From NCBI GenBank assembly GCA_009785795.1, contig WQVN01000001.1, positions 25,487 to 89,486 on the forward strand: DNA of 64,000 bases, given 5' to 3'. Under the pieces are notes generated by a model. The model was given only the letters and a program-made list of their open reading frames with translations. It was not told where the DNA came from and searched no databases. This DNA is from Coriobacteriia bacterium. GTDB taxonomy: Bacteria > Actinomycetota > Coriobacteriia > WRKU01 > WQUG01. Made by a program: the position numbers and the translations under genes. This document shows, one piece after another, positions 1-10,211 of the stretch (its first letter is position 1; each line of letters begins with the position of its first letter).

Positions 1-287
1 GTCATAGCACGTAGACCCTTTACAATTGCTGTGGCATTTTGTGCACGAACAAAATCAATCAGCATGCCATCAAAAGGTAGAACATGAATGTTTTCCAGAT
101 GTGCGGTAGCTGCACGTGCTAAATCACAGCGTTCATCCAGGGCAAATAAAGTACCTGTTCCGCGCTTACCTGTAGATCGTGCCACGCCTATGACAATTTG
201 GTCAAAAAGTGCATGGGCGCGCTCGATAATCTCAAGATGTCCACTGGTTACAGGATCAAAGGTTCCTGGAATAACTGCCTTTATCAT
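1..287 (-). CDS. coaD: Phosphopantetheine adenylyltransferase, 3'-truncated by the window edge. The translated N-terminus reads MIKAVIPGTFDPVTSGHLEIIERA.
   Basis: I translated the minus strand from an ATG at 287..285. The result carries the TFDPxTxGH nucleotidyltransferase motif. The gene sits downstream of rsmD, which is the usual rsmD-coaD arrangement. It is not in the ORF track as a full ORF because it runs off the window. Confidence 0.8.
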   Translation of the reverse strand, partial: MIKAVIPGTFDPVTSGHLEIIERAHALFDQIVIGVARSTGKRGTGTLFALDERCDLARAATAHLENIHVLPFDGMLIDFVRAQNATAIVKGLRAM

Positions 288-314
288 CTGCGTCCTTTCA
301 GTAATGCCTACCCG

Positions 315-890
315 TTATTGTGCCACAGTTGTAAAGTACAGGGCGGTTTCTGCAATGGTTTTTGATTTTACGATGGTGAAATTTTCTGGCAAGAATAACT
401 CTGATTTTGCAGATTTTGCTCGCTCGATTACTACAAGAGCATCTAAGGAAAAAGCCTTAACGTCGCCCAATTTGATAAGCAGATTATGAAGCTTCTTATC
501 TGACAAGTCATAAGGTGGATCAAGGAAGATAAGATCTGCACCCAGATTGTGCAGACGTGAGATTAACTTGAAAATATCGCCCTGATATAGCTGGAAGTCT
601 GCATGATCTGAATTGTCTGACAGCTTTGCGTAATTGTCCTTGACTAGTTGTGCAGTTCTGGGATCTGACTCTATTGCCGTAAGCCTTAAAGCTCCACGTG
701 AGAGTGCTTCTAGGCCCAAAGCACCACTTCCTGCAAAGACATCAAGGGCGTGCAAGCCATCGAAACTGCCTAGCTGTGAATGTAGGCTAGAAAAAAGTGA
801 CTCACGAACGCGACCTGTCGTTGGTCGCGTACTGTGATTTGCTGGTGCCTGTAAGCGTCTGCCACCCCACTTGCCTGCAATAATTCTCAT
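315..890 (-). CDS. rsmD: 16S rRNA (guanine966-N2)-methyltransferase RsmD.
   Basis: The track ORF is 191 aa. It contains the VLDVFAGSGALGLEALSRGA SAM-binding motif and the DPPY motif. Confidence 0.8.
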   Translation of the reverse strand: MRIIAGKWGGRRLQAPANHSTRPTTGRVRESLFSSLHSQLGSFDGLHALDVFAGSGALGLEALSRGALRLTAIESDPRTAQLVKDNYAKLSDNSDHADFQLYQGDIFKLISRLHNLGADLIFLDPPYDLSDKKLHNLLIKLGDVKAFSLDALVVIERAKSAKSELFLPENFTIVKSKTIAETALYFTTVAQ

Positions 891-1020
891 TGAAACACCA
901 GTCTTGAATGCATAAGGGATAGAGTCTCGCCAAGTACGCTTTGCTGTAGCACAAAAGATCCTTCGCTTCGCTCAGGAATGAGAGTGATATATCCAAGATG
1001 GCAGGATGAAAGTTGTGCCT

Positions 1021-3231
1021 TCATCCTGCCACTTTCCAGTCACCGAGCTTTTTCTCAAGCGCTTCTATTCGAACTTGCAACACCCTTATTTCATCTGCTT
1101 GAAGTTGTGGATCAGCGGCAATTAGGCTCAAGGCCTCTGTTCTTGCTGCTTCAAGCAAGTCAGCATCTGTGCTGAGGTCTGCAACTTTGAAGTGAGCAAC
1201 TCCACTTTGGCGGTTTCCTAATAGTTCGCCTGCGCCCCGTTGCTTCAAATCAAGTTCTGCCAAGCGAAAGCCATCGTCAGTGTCAAGCAGTGCGGCAAAG
1301 CGCTCTTTTGATGCATGCGAAAAAGAGTCTGACACCAGCCAGACCTCGCCTGCTTGCTTACCGCGTCCTACTCGTCCGCGCAACTGATGCAGCTGAGCCA
1401 GACCATAACGGTCAGCATCCAGTACCAGCATTACGGTAGCATTGTGAACATCTACTCCAACTTCAATGACTGTTGTTGAGACCAGTACATCAATTTTTCC
1501 TGCGCGGAAATCATCCATGATGCGTGTTTTATCTGCTGGCTTCATTTTGCCTGTCAGAACCTCAACGCGATATGCGCTGAACTCATCTGCGGCAAGATGC
1601 TGCGCCATGCGCAGCGCAGACTGTGCTTCGATACTCGCTGATTCATCAACGAGAGCACAAACCACGTATGCCTGCTGCCCTTGCTTTACTGCCACATGGA
1701 CTGCGTCATAGGCTGCGGCGATATTTGAAAATTTGACTTTTTTAGTTGTAATGCCTGCACCTGCAATGGGACGTGTACGCAAATAACTGGCTGCAAGATC
1801 CCCAAATGCCGTTAAGGTCAGAGTGCGCGGAATGGGGGTCGCACTCATAACCAGCACGTCTGCCGACTGTCCTTTGCTGTGCAGTGCACGCCTTTGCTGA
1901 ACGCCAAATCGATGCTGCTCGTCAACAACAACAAGGGTCAGATTTGCAAACTCTACCTTATCTTCAAGTAGTGCATGTGTGCCAAAAATAACCTGCGTCT
2001 GTCCGCCTGCAAGATCATCGAGTATCTGTTGTTTATCCGCAGCAGCTGTTGCCCCAGTCAGCAACGCCCAACGCAAGCCCATCTGGTCAAACATTGGACC
2101 AAGCTTTTTCGCGTACTGCTGTGCCAGTACCTCGGTCGGGGCCATCATGGCAGCTTGTCCGCCTGAGTCTGCTGCTACTGCAAGAGCAAAAGCAGCAACA
2201 ATGGTCTTTCCTGTGCCAACGTCACCTAGCAGCAAGCGTTGCATAGGGTAAGAGCGTGTCATGTCATCAAGTATCTGTGTAACTGCCTGATCCTGATCAT
2301 TAGTCAAGCTGAAAGGCAGCTGCTTGGATAATGCCTGGTGAAATGCACCAAGAACCTGATGAGTGTGACCGGTAGCTTGTCGCGTTAGGCGGTAACGCCT
2401 TCTTGCTATCAACAACTGCAAGTCAAGCAGTTCGCCAAAGGCAAGTCGTTTGCGCGCAGTATCTGCGTCTGCAAGTGTTGTTGGAAAGTGAATTTGCTGC
2501 AGTGCCCAACTATAGGGTGCAAGATCATGATTCTGCAAAACATGCATAGGCAGATACTCGCCCACCTGCCCATAGTCATCAATTGCCGCAGCGATTACGC
2601 GACGCAGCCAGCCAACGGACAGACCTTCAGTTGTGCTATGAACGGGCAAAACTCGTCCCATGTTTAGGCTGTCACCCATATCTACATCTGACCCCATAGC
2701 ACTATCTGGAGAGATATGGACGCCCTCTGCCGCTGAACTGTGCTCTGCAGGCACATCTGCTATTTTTTCTACAAAGGGTTGGACGATTTGCTTTAAGCCA
2801 TTGCGCAGTTTTACTTCTCCCGAAAAGGCAAGCACCTGTCCTGCTGCGTAGCTACGCTCGACCCAAGGCTGGTTAAACCAGACACCGATAAGCGTGCCCG
2901 TGCCATCCGTTAGAGTAACCTCAGTAATTGTCAGCTGTTTGCGCTTAGGGCCTGGGCTGCGATAAGTTTTGCGCTTAGTAACTTCATAGACGGTGCCCAC
3001 TACCGTGGCATCACCCGTAGACACAGGACCCAGCTGTGCCGTACTGGTCAAATCCAGATAGCGGTAGGGCACATGATAGAGTAGCTCGCCTATGCGAGAA
3101 ATTCCGAGTGTTTCAAGCTGTTTTGCACGCCCCGCATTGACAAAGCGTGCACTTGCGGCAGGATCACCCCACGCCAAAAGCCGTCTGGCTGGATCGCTAG
3201 GACTTGTCTGTGATGTAGTCGCGCGGGTCAA
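1021..3231 (-). CDS. recG: ATP-dependent DNA helicase RecG.
   Basis: The ORF is 736 aa. It has a GDVGTGKT Walker A motif, a DEQHRFG DEAH box, a C-terminal helicase domain, and an N-terminal wedge/OB region. Confidence 0.9.
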   Translation of the reverse strand: MTRATTSQTSPSDPARRLLAWGDPAASARFVNAGRAKQLETLGISRIGELLYHVPYRYLDLTSTAQLGPVSTGDATVVGTVYEVTKRKTYRSPGPKRKQLTITEVTLTDGTGTLIGVWFNQPWVERSYAAGQVLAFSGEVKLRNGLKQIVQPFVEKIADVPAEHSSAAEGVHISPDSAMGSDVDMGDSLNMGRVLPVHSTTEGLSVGWLRRVIAAAIDDYGQVGEYLPMHVLQNHDLAPYSWALQQIHFPTTLADADTARKRLAFGELLDLQLLIARRRYRLTRQATGHTHQVLGAFHQALSKQLPFSLTNDQDQAVTQILDDMTRSYPMQRLLLGDVGTGKTIVAAFALAVAADSGGQAAMMAPTEVLAQQYAKKLGPMFDQMGLRWALLTGATAAADKQQILDDLAGGQTQVIFGTHALLEDKVEFANLTLVVVDEQHRFGVQQRRALHSKGQSADVLVMSATPIPRTLTLTAFGDLAASYLRTRPIAGAGITTKKVKFSNIAAAYDAVHVAVKQGQQAYVVCALVDESASIEAQSALRMAQHLAADEFSAYRVEVLTGKMKPADKTRIMDDFRAGKIDVLVSTTVIEVGVDVHNATVMLVLDADRYGLAQLHQLRGRVGRGKQAGEVWLVSDSFSHASKERFAALLDTDDGFRLAELDLKQRGAGELLGNRQSGVAHFKVADLSTDADLLEAARTEALSLIAADPQLQADEIRVLQVRIEALEKKLGDWKVAG

Positions 3232-4108
3232 GGTCTCGCCAATGCAAACTGGCTACCGTTCCTGGTCCGCAGTAGATACCTACAACGATACCAATTTGGT
3301 TCATGCCCAGAAACTTTCCAGGTAAATCTGCCTCCTTGATTTTTTCATGCAATTCTTCTGCAGGCGCAGTATCGTCTGCAAAGAGCATTGCATAACGCAG
3401 ATCTTCAGTATCCTTGTAACGTTCTGCAATCAGTCTGGGTATTGTCTGAAAAGCCTTTTTGCGTCCGCGTGTCTTTTTGACCGAATCGATAACACCGTCT
3501 GACTCGAAAGTGCAGATAGGCTTAATGTCGAGTGCTGACGCCAACAGCCCTGCTGTACGTCCTGCACGTCCCCCGCGAACAAGGTACTCTAAAGTGTCGA
3601 ACACCATGAGCAAGCTCATAGTATCGCGAACTGCATCAACATAGACAAGCAAATCTTCGAGATCTAGTCCGGCTTCTGCGCCTTTGATGGCAGCCTTGCA
3701 AAGGATGACCATGGGCCAAGTTACGATACGTGAATCAAGGACGCGTGCAGGAATAGGAGCTTGTTCTGCGGCCATAACAGCTACATCATAGGTTGAAGAA
3801 AGTCCTGTTGATATGGTGATAATCAGGGCTGATTCATAGCCTGCGTCTGCCGCTTCTTGCAGTTTTTGCTCATAGCTAAACTTGGTTGGCTGTGAGGTTT
3901 TGGGCACACTTTCGTAATCACTAAGCAGAGCTTCCCAGAAATCACGAACGCCAAAATCATCTGAAGATGATGGACTGCCATCAGTAAATGCAAGTGGAAT
4001 GGGAATTAGATCAAAGCCAAATTCGCGCGCCTCTGCACTTGTGCGATCACAGCCACCATCTGTGATAATTGCAACCTTTGACTGATTTTTCGCCATTTTT
4101 TCTGCCAC
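3197..4108 (-). CDS. DegV-family fatty-acid-binding protein (FakB-like).
   Basis: The ORF is 303 aa and has an N-terminal VAIITDGGCD signature typical of DegV/DUF194. It overlaps the recG start by about 35 nt, so the recG start may be further downstream. Confidence 0.75.
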   Translation of the reverse strand: MAEKMAKNQSKVAIITDGGCDRTSAEAREFGFDLIPIPLAFTDGSPSSSDDFGVRDFWEALLSDYESVPKTSQPTKFSYEQKLQEAADAGYESALIITISTGLSSTYDVAVMAAEQAPIPARVLDSRIVTWPMVILCKAAIKGAEAGLDLEDLLVYVDAVRDTMSLLMVFDTLEYLVRGGRAGRTAGLLASALDIKPICTFESDGVIDSVKKTRGRKKAFQTIPRLIAERYKDTEDLRYAMLFADDTAPAEELHEKIKEADLPGKFLGMNQIGIVVGIYCGPGTVASLHWRDLDPRDYITDKS

Positions 4109-4127
4109 AATTGTCTCCTACTTGCCT

Positions 4128-5765
4128 CTACTCGCATGCCATCAATAGTGGATAGAGCGGCTGATCACCACGCTGGTTGTCAATTTCAAGGTCTGGCCAT
4201 TGAGCTTCGATTTCTTCTGCCAGTGCTTCGAGATCTTTGTCAGAAAAGTCTTCGCCTGCAAGCAGGGTCAGATTCTCACAGTCAGCAGCACCTAATTTTG
4301 GCAGTAATGCCATAGCAACCTCGCTGACACTGCTACCTTTTGCCACAATGTCTTTTGCATCTACGATGCCGATAATTTCGCCTTTTTTGATAGTGCCAAC
4401 CTCTGCTGCCTTTGAATCTTTAATTGCTGCAGTAATTTCACCACAGCGAACATCTTCTGCAATCTCAAGCATTTCTGCAGCGAGATCATCCAAGTTGTTT
4501 GCACCAGGATTAAAGACAAGCATCGCAGAAAACGATGCAGGCACATTCGTTGTTGGCACAACTACTGCAGGTACGGAAAGTGCCGTTGCTGCCGCCTGGG
4601 CTGCCATGACAATGTTTTTGTTATTTGGCATCAAGACAAAGTTGTCGGCAGACAACTTATTTGCTGCATCAATAAAGTCTTGAGTTGAAGGGTTCATGGT
4701 CTGCCCTCCCGTGATGACATAGTCAACACCAAGAGATGTCAAGATATTGGCAAGACCATCACTGGGGGCAACTGCGATGGTGGCAATCGACTTGTGCTCG
4801 ACAGGAGCATCTGCAGCAGCTTCGCTTTGTGCCTCTTGCTGTTGCTTCATATTGTGGATGTGCACTTCTGCTAAATCTCCTTGCTTTAGGAAAAAGCCCA
4901 GGATTTCAGCAGGATTGTCGGTGTGAACGTGCACTTTGAACTGTCCATCTGTGCCAACAATAAGTTCACTACCACCTGTAGTGCCCAAATAGTCTAGTCC
5001 CTGTTCTTTGTCAAGCTGATCACCGTAGAACAGAAACTCTGTGCAGTAGAGGAACTCGTCATCATCCCAGTCATCAACGGGAACAACCTGCATGGCATTA
5101 CTGCGCGCAGGATCAAAATGTGCAATATCTGCAATTTCACGACCGAGGAATAAGGCGACAAAAGCATCAAACACAATGACAAGGCCAAATCCGCCCGCAT
5201 CGACCACGTTCGCTTCTTTTAAAACAGGAAGTAGGTCGGGAGTACGCCTAACCGATTCATGTGCGGCTGCACTGACGCCATCAAGTGCTTCTTCAAGCTC
5301 TAAGCCTGCATCTGCTGCGGCACGCGCGGCACGCGCCATATCGGAAATAACGGTAAGCATCGTGCCTTCAACAGGTTTACGCACAGCCTGATAAGCAACT
5401 TCTTTTGCCTTCTCAAACGCTGTTGCAAGACGCTCGACAGGCTCGAAGCCCTCTGAGGCAACCATGCCCTCGCAAATTCCGCGCACGATTTGAGATAAAA
5501 TAACGCCCGAGTTTCCACGCGCACCCATTAGCGAACCGTGAGTTGCTGCTTTACATAGTTCCTCCATGCTGGCATCATCAGACAGCTTTGAAACATCATT
5601 GACAACGGATTCGAGAGTCAGTGACATGTTGGTACCTGTATCCCCATCAGGAACAGGGAAAACATTTAGTACGTTTACGTCTTCAATACGCTCCTTGAGT
5701 GCTGCTGCAGCACCCGCGATTAAGGCACGTGCAGGCAGCACGGCGGCAATCTTTTTGCTATTCAT
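4128..5765 (-). CDS. fakA: DAK2-domain fusion protein (YloV/FakA-like fatty acid kinase).
   Basis: The ORF is 545 aa with an N-terminal Dak2 phosphatase-like domain (DGDTGTNM). It lies in the conserved asp23-yloV-recG arrangement. Confidence 0.75.
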   Translation of the reverse strand: MNSKKIAAVLPARALIAGAAAALKERIEDVNVLNVFPVPDGDTGTNMSLTLESVVNDVSKLSDDASMEELCKAATHGSLMGARGNSGVILSQIVRGICEGMVASEGFEPVERLATAFEKAKEVAYQAVRKPVEGTMLTVISDMARAARAAADAGLELEEALDGVSAAAHESVRRTPDLLPVLKEANVVDAGGFGLVIVFDAFVALFLGREIADIAHFDPARSNAMQVVPVDDWDDDEFLYCTEFLFYGDQLDKEQGLDYLGTTGGSELIVGTDGQFKVHVHTDNPAEILGFFLKQGDLAEVHIHNMKQQQEAQSEAAADAPVEHKSIATIAVAPSDGLANILTSLGVDYVITGGQTMNPSTQDFIDAANKLSADNFVLMPNNKNIVMAAQAAATALSVPAVVVPTTNVPASFSAMLVFNPGANNLDDLAAEMLEIAEDVRCGEITAAIKDSKAAEVGTIKKGEIIGIVDAKDIVAKGSSVSEVAMALLPKLGAADCENLTLLAGEDFSDKDLEALAEEIEAQWPDLEIDNQRGDQPLYPLLMACE

Positions 5766-5767
5766 TG

Positions 5768-6148
5768 TTATGCCCCCTGACGCACTCGAACCTCAAGGAC
5801 ATGCACATCAACACGATCAACCTTGATGTCCGTCATGGATGTCAAAGTATAACGCACACGATCAGCAAGGTTGCGCGACACTTCTGCAAGCTGAGTGCCA
5901 TATTCGATAACAACATACAAGTCAACTTCAACCTGATCAGGAAGTTCTTCACCATCCGCATCAAGAGAATTGGTAATCTTTACGCCCCTGCGCAGTTTTT
6001 GCTGTGGCAGTAGCTGAACCAGTCCATCACGCAGACTGGGAGCAGCCATCCCAACAACTCCATAGCTTTCCATTGCAGAATATCCCGCTAGATCAGCTAG
6101 CACGTCAATAGAGATGTGTACTGCGCCACCTGTCAGTTTAGCTGCCAT
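5768..6148 (-). CDS. Asp23/Gls24-family alkaline shock protein.
   Basis: The ORF is 126 aa and resembles Asp23-family envelope stress proteins. It sits immediately upstream of the DAK2 gene, as in Firmicutes and Actinobacteria. Confidence 0.7.
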   Translation of the reverse strand: MAAKLTGGAVHISIDVLADLAGYSAMESYGVVGMAAPSLRDGLVQLLPQQKLRRGVKITNSLDADGEELPDQVEVDLYVVIEYGTQLAEVSRNLADRVRYTLTSMTDIKVDRVDVHVLEVRVRQGA

Positions 6149-6183
6149 GAGAATTCCTTTCCCAGAGTGTTTTATCGGTCCTG

Positions 6184-7068
6184 TTAATTTGTGCTTCCCA
6201 GGTCATAGCGCGTAAACGCTACAATTTCGATTGTGTCATCAAGTAGTTTTGCGCTACGCTTTGTATATTCGTCAACGCTGATATCCATATCCTTGACATA
6301 AGCCTGTTCGACCAGAGCCTGCTCCTTGAAAAACTTTTTCAGGCGACCTTCTGCCATCATCTCTTGGATGTTTTCTGGCTTACCGCTTTCTGCAGCTTGT
6401 GCCTTGTAGATATCTTTTTCCTTCTCAATTAGTGCAGAATCAAAGTCTTCACGGCGCACTGCAATAGGGTTCGCTGCCGCAATCTGCATGGCAACGTCAC
6501 GTGCATAGATTTTGAATGGCTCTTTTTCAGCAGTTACCTGGTTGCCCAACTTAAACTGAACCATGATGCCAATTTTTGCCCCACCATGGATGTATGCAGC
6601 AAGTGCACCAGTGTCTGCGAGTTCAATGCGTGTGAAGCGAGCAACCTTGATGTTTTCACCCAGCTTGCCCACAGTCTCACCAAAAAGCTCTTCAATAGTA
6701 ATATCGCGACCTGGCACAGACAGCTTCATTAGAGCATCATTGTCTGCTGGATCATGCTTTGCTACAACCTCTGCAAGCAACTTTGTGAATGAAGTAAAGG
6801 TCTGGTTGGTTGCCACAAAGTCTGTCTCGCAATTGACTTCAATCAGGACGCCTGTCTTGTCATCAGTGCTAATGTATTCTGCAATCGCGCCCTCATTGGT
6901 TGCACGATCAGCTTTCTTGGACAATGCTGCCAATCCACGTGTACGCAAAAAATCAACGGCTGCCTCTATGTCGCCTTCGACCTCTTGCAGTGCATTTTTA
7001 CATTCCATCATGCCTGCTCCTGTGATTTCACGAAGCTCTTTGACTAGCTTTGCACTAACATTTGACAT
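6184..7068 (-). CDS. tsf: Elongation factor Ts.
   Basis: The ORF is 294 aa with an N-terminal UBA-like segment (LVKELREITGAGMMECKNAL). It sits directly downstream of rpsB. Confidence 0.92.
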   Translation of the reverse strand: MSNVSAKLVKELREITGAGMMECKNALQEVEGDIEAAVDFLRTRGLAALSKKADRATNEGAIAEYISTDDKTGVLIEVNCETDFVATNQTFTSFTKLLAEVVAKHDPADNDALMKLSVPGRDITIEELFGETVGKLGENIKVARFTRIELADTGALAAYIHGGAKIGIMVQFKLGNQVTAEKEPFKIYARDVAMQIAAANPIAVRREDFDSALIEKEKDIYKAQAAESGKPENIQEMMAEGRLKKFFKEQALVEQAYVKDMDISVDEYTKRSAKLLDDTIEIVAFTRYDLGSTN

Positions 7069-7118
7069 GACTCTCTCCTCTCCAAATTCAAAATACTATA
7101 TGTAATCGTATTTATTGC

Positions 7119-8018
7119 TTAGTTGGTGCCTGCAGGTGCTGCTTTGTCCGCAGGAACGGTACCTGTATCAGCTGCGGCTTCTGCCTCTGCGTCTGCAACA
7201 TCAGTTGCGTCAAGCTGCACATCTTCATCAAAGCGAATGGGACTTTCCTCACCGCTTTGTGTAGCTGCATCTGAAGCTGCCTGTTCAGAAGCCTCTTCTG
7301 TCTCTGCCTCTGCTTCTGCAGCCTTCATTGCGGTAACGCCACCGTTTCCTTCAAGCACTGCTGCTGAAATAACGTTCGTGATCAGTGAAATTGAACGAAT
7401 CGCATCATCGTTTGCAGGAATGGGAAAATCGACTTCATCTGGATCAGAATTGGTATCCAAAATTGCAATAATTGGGATACCTAGTCTGCGCGCCTCTGCA
7501 ACTGCAATGGTCTCGCGCATCGTGTCAACAATGAAAAGTGCTGCAGGTAGGCTGCGCATGTTGCGCACACCTTCAAGATTGTTGCGCAGCTTTGCGAGTT
7601 CCTTGCCTTTAAGAATTTGCTCCTTTTTGGGAAGTGTCGCCATAGTGCCATCTTCAATCATGGCTTCGAGTTTTTCCATGTGAGATACACGTGAGCGCAC
7701 TGTTTCAAAATTTGTCAACATTCCACCCAGCCAACGCTGAGTTACATAAGGCATGCCCGCTTGCTCTGCTGCTTTTTCCAGTGGCCCTTGCGCCTGCTTC
7801 TTTGTGCCGACAAAAAGAACTTCGCCACCACGCTGACCGACGGTATAGGCATATTTGTAGGACTTTTCCAATTCCTGCATAGTTTTTTGCAGGTTTAGAA
7901 TGTAGATTCCACCCCGTTGCGTAAAAATAAAGGGTTTCATCTTTGGATTCCAGCGACGGGTCTGATGCCCAAAGTGGACGCCTGCTTCTAACAGGCCTTT
8001 CATAGTTACAACAGCCAT
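7119..8018 (-). CDS. rpsB: 30S ribosomal protein S2, with an acidic C-terminal extension.
   Basis: The ORF is 299 aa and begins MAVVTMKGLLEAGVHFGHQTRRWNPKM, the S2 signature. It carries a long Ala/Glu/Asp-rich tail of about 60 aa. Confidence 0.92.
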   Translation of the reverse strand: MAVVTMKGLLEAGVHFGHQTRRWNPKMKPFIFTQRGGIYILNLQKTMQELEKSYKYAYTVGQRGGEVLFVGTKKQAQGPLEKAAEQAGMPYVTQRWLGGMLTNFETVRSRVSHMEKLEAMIEDGTMATLPKKEQILKGKELAKLRNNLEGVRNMRSLPAALFIVDTMRETIAVAEARRLGIPIIAILDTNSDPDEVDFPIPANDDAIRSISLITNVISAAVLEGNGGVTAMKAAEAEAETEEASEQAASDAATQSGEESPIRFDEDVQLDATDVADAEAEAAADTGTVPADKAAPAGTN

Positions 8019-8154
8019 AGTACGTTTATTCCTTTCGTTGTGTCCTCTACAGGTTTCATCCTAGAAAACGCCACCCATCTTGGGCACGTTGGCGTCCTAG
8101 TCCACCTGTATGTGTAATGTCTCTGACATGCGTACACGGCAGAGATTTGCCAAA

Positions 8155-8196
8155 AGAGGCTCCCCAAGCTTTAGGTATATGCATAGAGCTTGGGGC
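8155..8196 (-). terminator. Hairpin plus T-run immediately 3' of tRNA-His.
   Basis: CCCCAAGCT (8162-8170) pairs with AGCTTGGGG (8188-8196). On the minus strand a TCTTTTGG run follows. The stem uses the tRNA 3' CCCCA. Confidence 0.5.
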
Positions 8197-8268
8197 GAGT
8201 AACGGGATTTGAACCCGCGGCCTCCTGAGCCACAGTCAGGCGCTCTAACCAGCTGAGCTATACCCGCC
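8191..8268 (-). tRNA. tRNA-His (anticodon GUG) with the extra 5' G-1.
   Basis: The reverse complement folds as a cloverleaf with acceptor GCGGGTA/TACTCGC, D-arm GCTCAGCTGGTTAGAGC, anticodon loop CTGTGGC (GTG), and T-arm GCGGGTTCAAATCCCGT. The discriminator C and the G-1 are typical of tRNA-His. Confidence 0.85.
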
Positions 8269-8357
8269 ACTTTCAGCAGCTAGCTATTGTAGCAAATATA
8301 CGATTATCTGCCTAGGGCAGCTCAAAAAATCTCCTAGAAAAGAACTATACTGGTTAC

Positions 8358-9518
8358 ATGGAATATCGCATCGATAAAAAATCAGGAAACAAGCTTTCTG
8401 CTCTGGGATTGGGATGCATGCGCTTTCCTCGTGACAGGGCAGAAATTGAACGTATTGTCCTTGCTGCAATTGATGGTGGCATTAACTACTTTGATACTGC
8501 ATATATGTATCTAGGCAGCGAAGTCGCACTGGGAAGAGTTCTTGCGAAACACAACAAGCGCAAAAATGTCTATATTGCCACAAAGCTACCCTTAAGCATG
8601 TGCAAGCGCAGCACCGACTTTGACAAGTATTTCGATGAGCAATTGTGCAGGCTGCAAACTGACTATATCGATTATTACTTCATGCACAACATAACCAGCT
8701 TTGCACAATGGGAAGCAATGTATGCACTGGGCATTGAAGATTGGATTGCTGCAAAAAAATCGACAGGGCAGATTCATCAAATTGGATTTTCCTATCATGG
8801 CAACTATGATGATTTTTTAAAAGTCATCGATTCTTATCCTTGGGAATTCTGCATGATCCAATACAACTATTATGATCAAAACTATCAGGCTGGTGCACAG
8901 GGGCTTGCCGCTGCCCACAACAAAGGTATGACCGTTATGATTATGGAGCCATTGTTGGGCGGCAAGCTTGCCACAGGTTTACCAAAACAGGCAATGCAGC
9001 TATTCAGTGAAGTAAATCCAGATTTGAGTCCTGCGGACTGGGCACTGTGGTGGTTGTGGAATCAATCTGAAATTACAACAGTGCTTAGTGGCATGAGCAA
9101 TGAGCGGATTGTACAGACCAATCTGCGCTCACTAGACAACTTTAGGTTCTTGACAGACACTGAACTGGCAGTCTACGACGATGTCATTGATGTGTTTAGG
9201 CAGTCATATAAAATTAACTGCACCAGTTGTAATTATTGCCTGCCCTGTCCCAAAGGAATAAACATACCAGCTTGCCTATCAGCATATAATACCAGCTACG
9301 CGCAAGGATATATTGCAGGGATAACTCTGTATCTGACCAGTACTGCAGTAATCACAAAAAATCCTCTAAGTCCGCATCTGTGCAATCAGTGTGGTAAATG
9401 CGAAAAGCTCTGTCCACAGCATATCCCCATCAGCGCATCACTCAAAAAAGTAAGTCGCCGCTTCGAACCACAGCCGCTACGCGCCATCCTCGCATTGGCG
9501 AGAAAACTCATACATTAA
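8358..9518 (+). CDS. Aldo/keto reductase fused to a C-terminal 4Fe-4S ferredoxin-type domain.
   Basis: The ORF is 386 aa with an N-terminal AKR fold (LGLGCMRF, YIDYYFMH). The C-terminus has two Cys clusters, CTSCNYCLPCP and CNQCGKCEKLCP. Confidence 0.75.
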   Translation: MEYRIDKKSGNKLSALGLGCMRFPRDRAEIERIVLAAIDGGINYFDTAYMYLGSEVALGRVLAKHNKRKNVYIATKLPLSMCKRSTDFDKYFDEQLCRLQTDYIDYYFMHNITSFAQWEAMYALGIEDWIAAKKSTGQIHQIGFSYHGNYDDFLKVIDSYPWEFCMIQYNYYDQNYQAGAQGLAAAHNKGMTVMIMEPLLGGKLATGLPKQAMQLFSEVNPDLSPADWALWWLWNQSEITTVLSGMSNERIVQTNLRSLDNFRFLTDTELAVYDDVIDVFRQSYKINCTSCNYCLPCPKGINIPACLSAYNTSYAQGYIAGITLYLTSTAVITKNPLSPHLCNQCGKCEKLCPQHIPISASLKKVSRRFEPQPLRAILALARKLIH

Positions 9519-10211
9519 TGCCGTAGCTGCCTGTGCCACATTTAACGATTGAACCTTGCCAAGCTGAGGGAGCTTGACCAGAAAATCACAGTTATCTTTT
9601 ACCAGTCGCGACAGACCTTTATCCTCTGCCCCCATCACCAGGGCTATTCTGCCATTAAGTTGTGTATCCCATACCGCAGTTTTTGCATGTTCACTTGCCC
9701 CCGCTATCCAAAAATCAGCATCTTTTAGCTGCTGCAAGGTACGACTGATGTTGGTTACCTGCACTACAGGCAAGTGCGACAAGGCACCTGCGGCAGCCTT
9801 ATGTGCCGCAGGAGTAACGGCAGCAGCACGATCTTTTGCAACGATGAGACCTGCTGCGCCAAAAACTTCTGCACTGCGAGCAATGGCTCCCAGATTGCCA
9901 GGATCAGTAACGTGATCCAGCACAATTACCAGGGCATTGGATTGGCCTTCTACGTTTTGAACGACTTGATTCAAGGGTGAAAATTCAAATGGAGCAGTCC
10001 ATATCATTACGCCTTGATGTGCACCGTGCTCGCTGCGCTTGTCAAGGTCTGCGCGCGCAACGTACTGAGGCTTTATCTGTTGTTGCTGTAGATGCGCAAG
10101 GATCTCATCAGTATTTTTGCCTGGCTTGATACCACGCAACAGCATCGCACGCTGTACTTTTAGCCCCGAGCGCAGTGCTTCAAGGACTGCATTTCTTCCT
10201 TCAATACGCAT
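9477..10211 (-). CDS. rlmB: TrmH/SpoU-family RNA 2'-O-methyltransferase (RlmB-like).
   Basis: The ORF is 244 aa with a SPOUT fold (VLDHVTDPGNLGAIARSA) and an N-terminal substrate-binding domain. It sits immediately downstream of cysS, the usual cysS-rlmB pairing. Confidence 0.7.
   Translation of the reverse strand: MRIEGRNAVLEALRSGLKVQRAMLLRGIKPGKNTDEILAHLQQQQIKPQYVARADLDKRSEHGAHQGVMIWTAPFEFSPLNQVVQNVEGQSNALVIVLDHVTDPGNLGAIARSAEVFGAAGLIVAKDRAAAVTPAAHKAAAGALSHLPVVQVTNISRTLQQLKDADFWIAGASEHAKTAVWDTQLNGRIALVMGAEDKGLSRLVKDNCDFLVKLPQLGKVQSLNVAQAATALMYEFSRQCEDGA

Noticed and set aside
88-489. Plus-strand ORF of 133 aa.
   Set aside because: It lies antisense across the coaD start and the rsmD 3' end. 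Both of those genes have clear family signatures, and this ORF has none.
7123-7683. Plus-strand ORF antisense to rpsB. A similar one at 6563-7105 lies antisense to tsf.
   Set aside because: These are low-complexity shadow ORFs, and the opposing genes are highly conserved.
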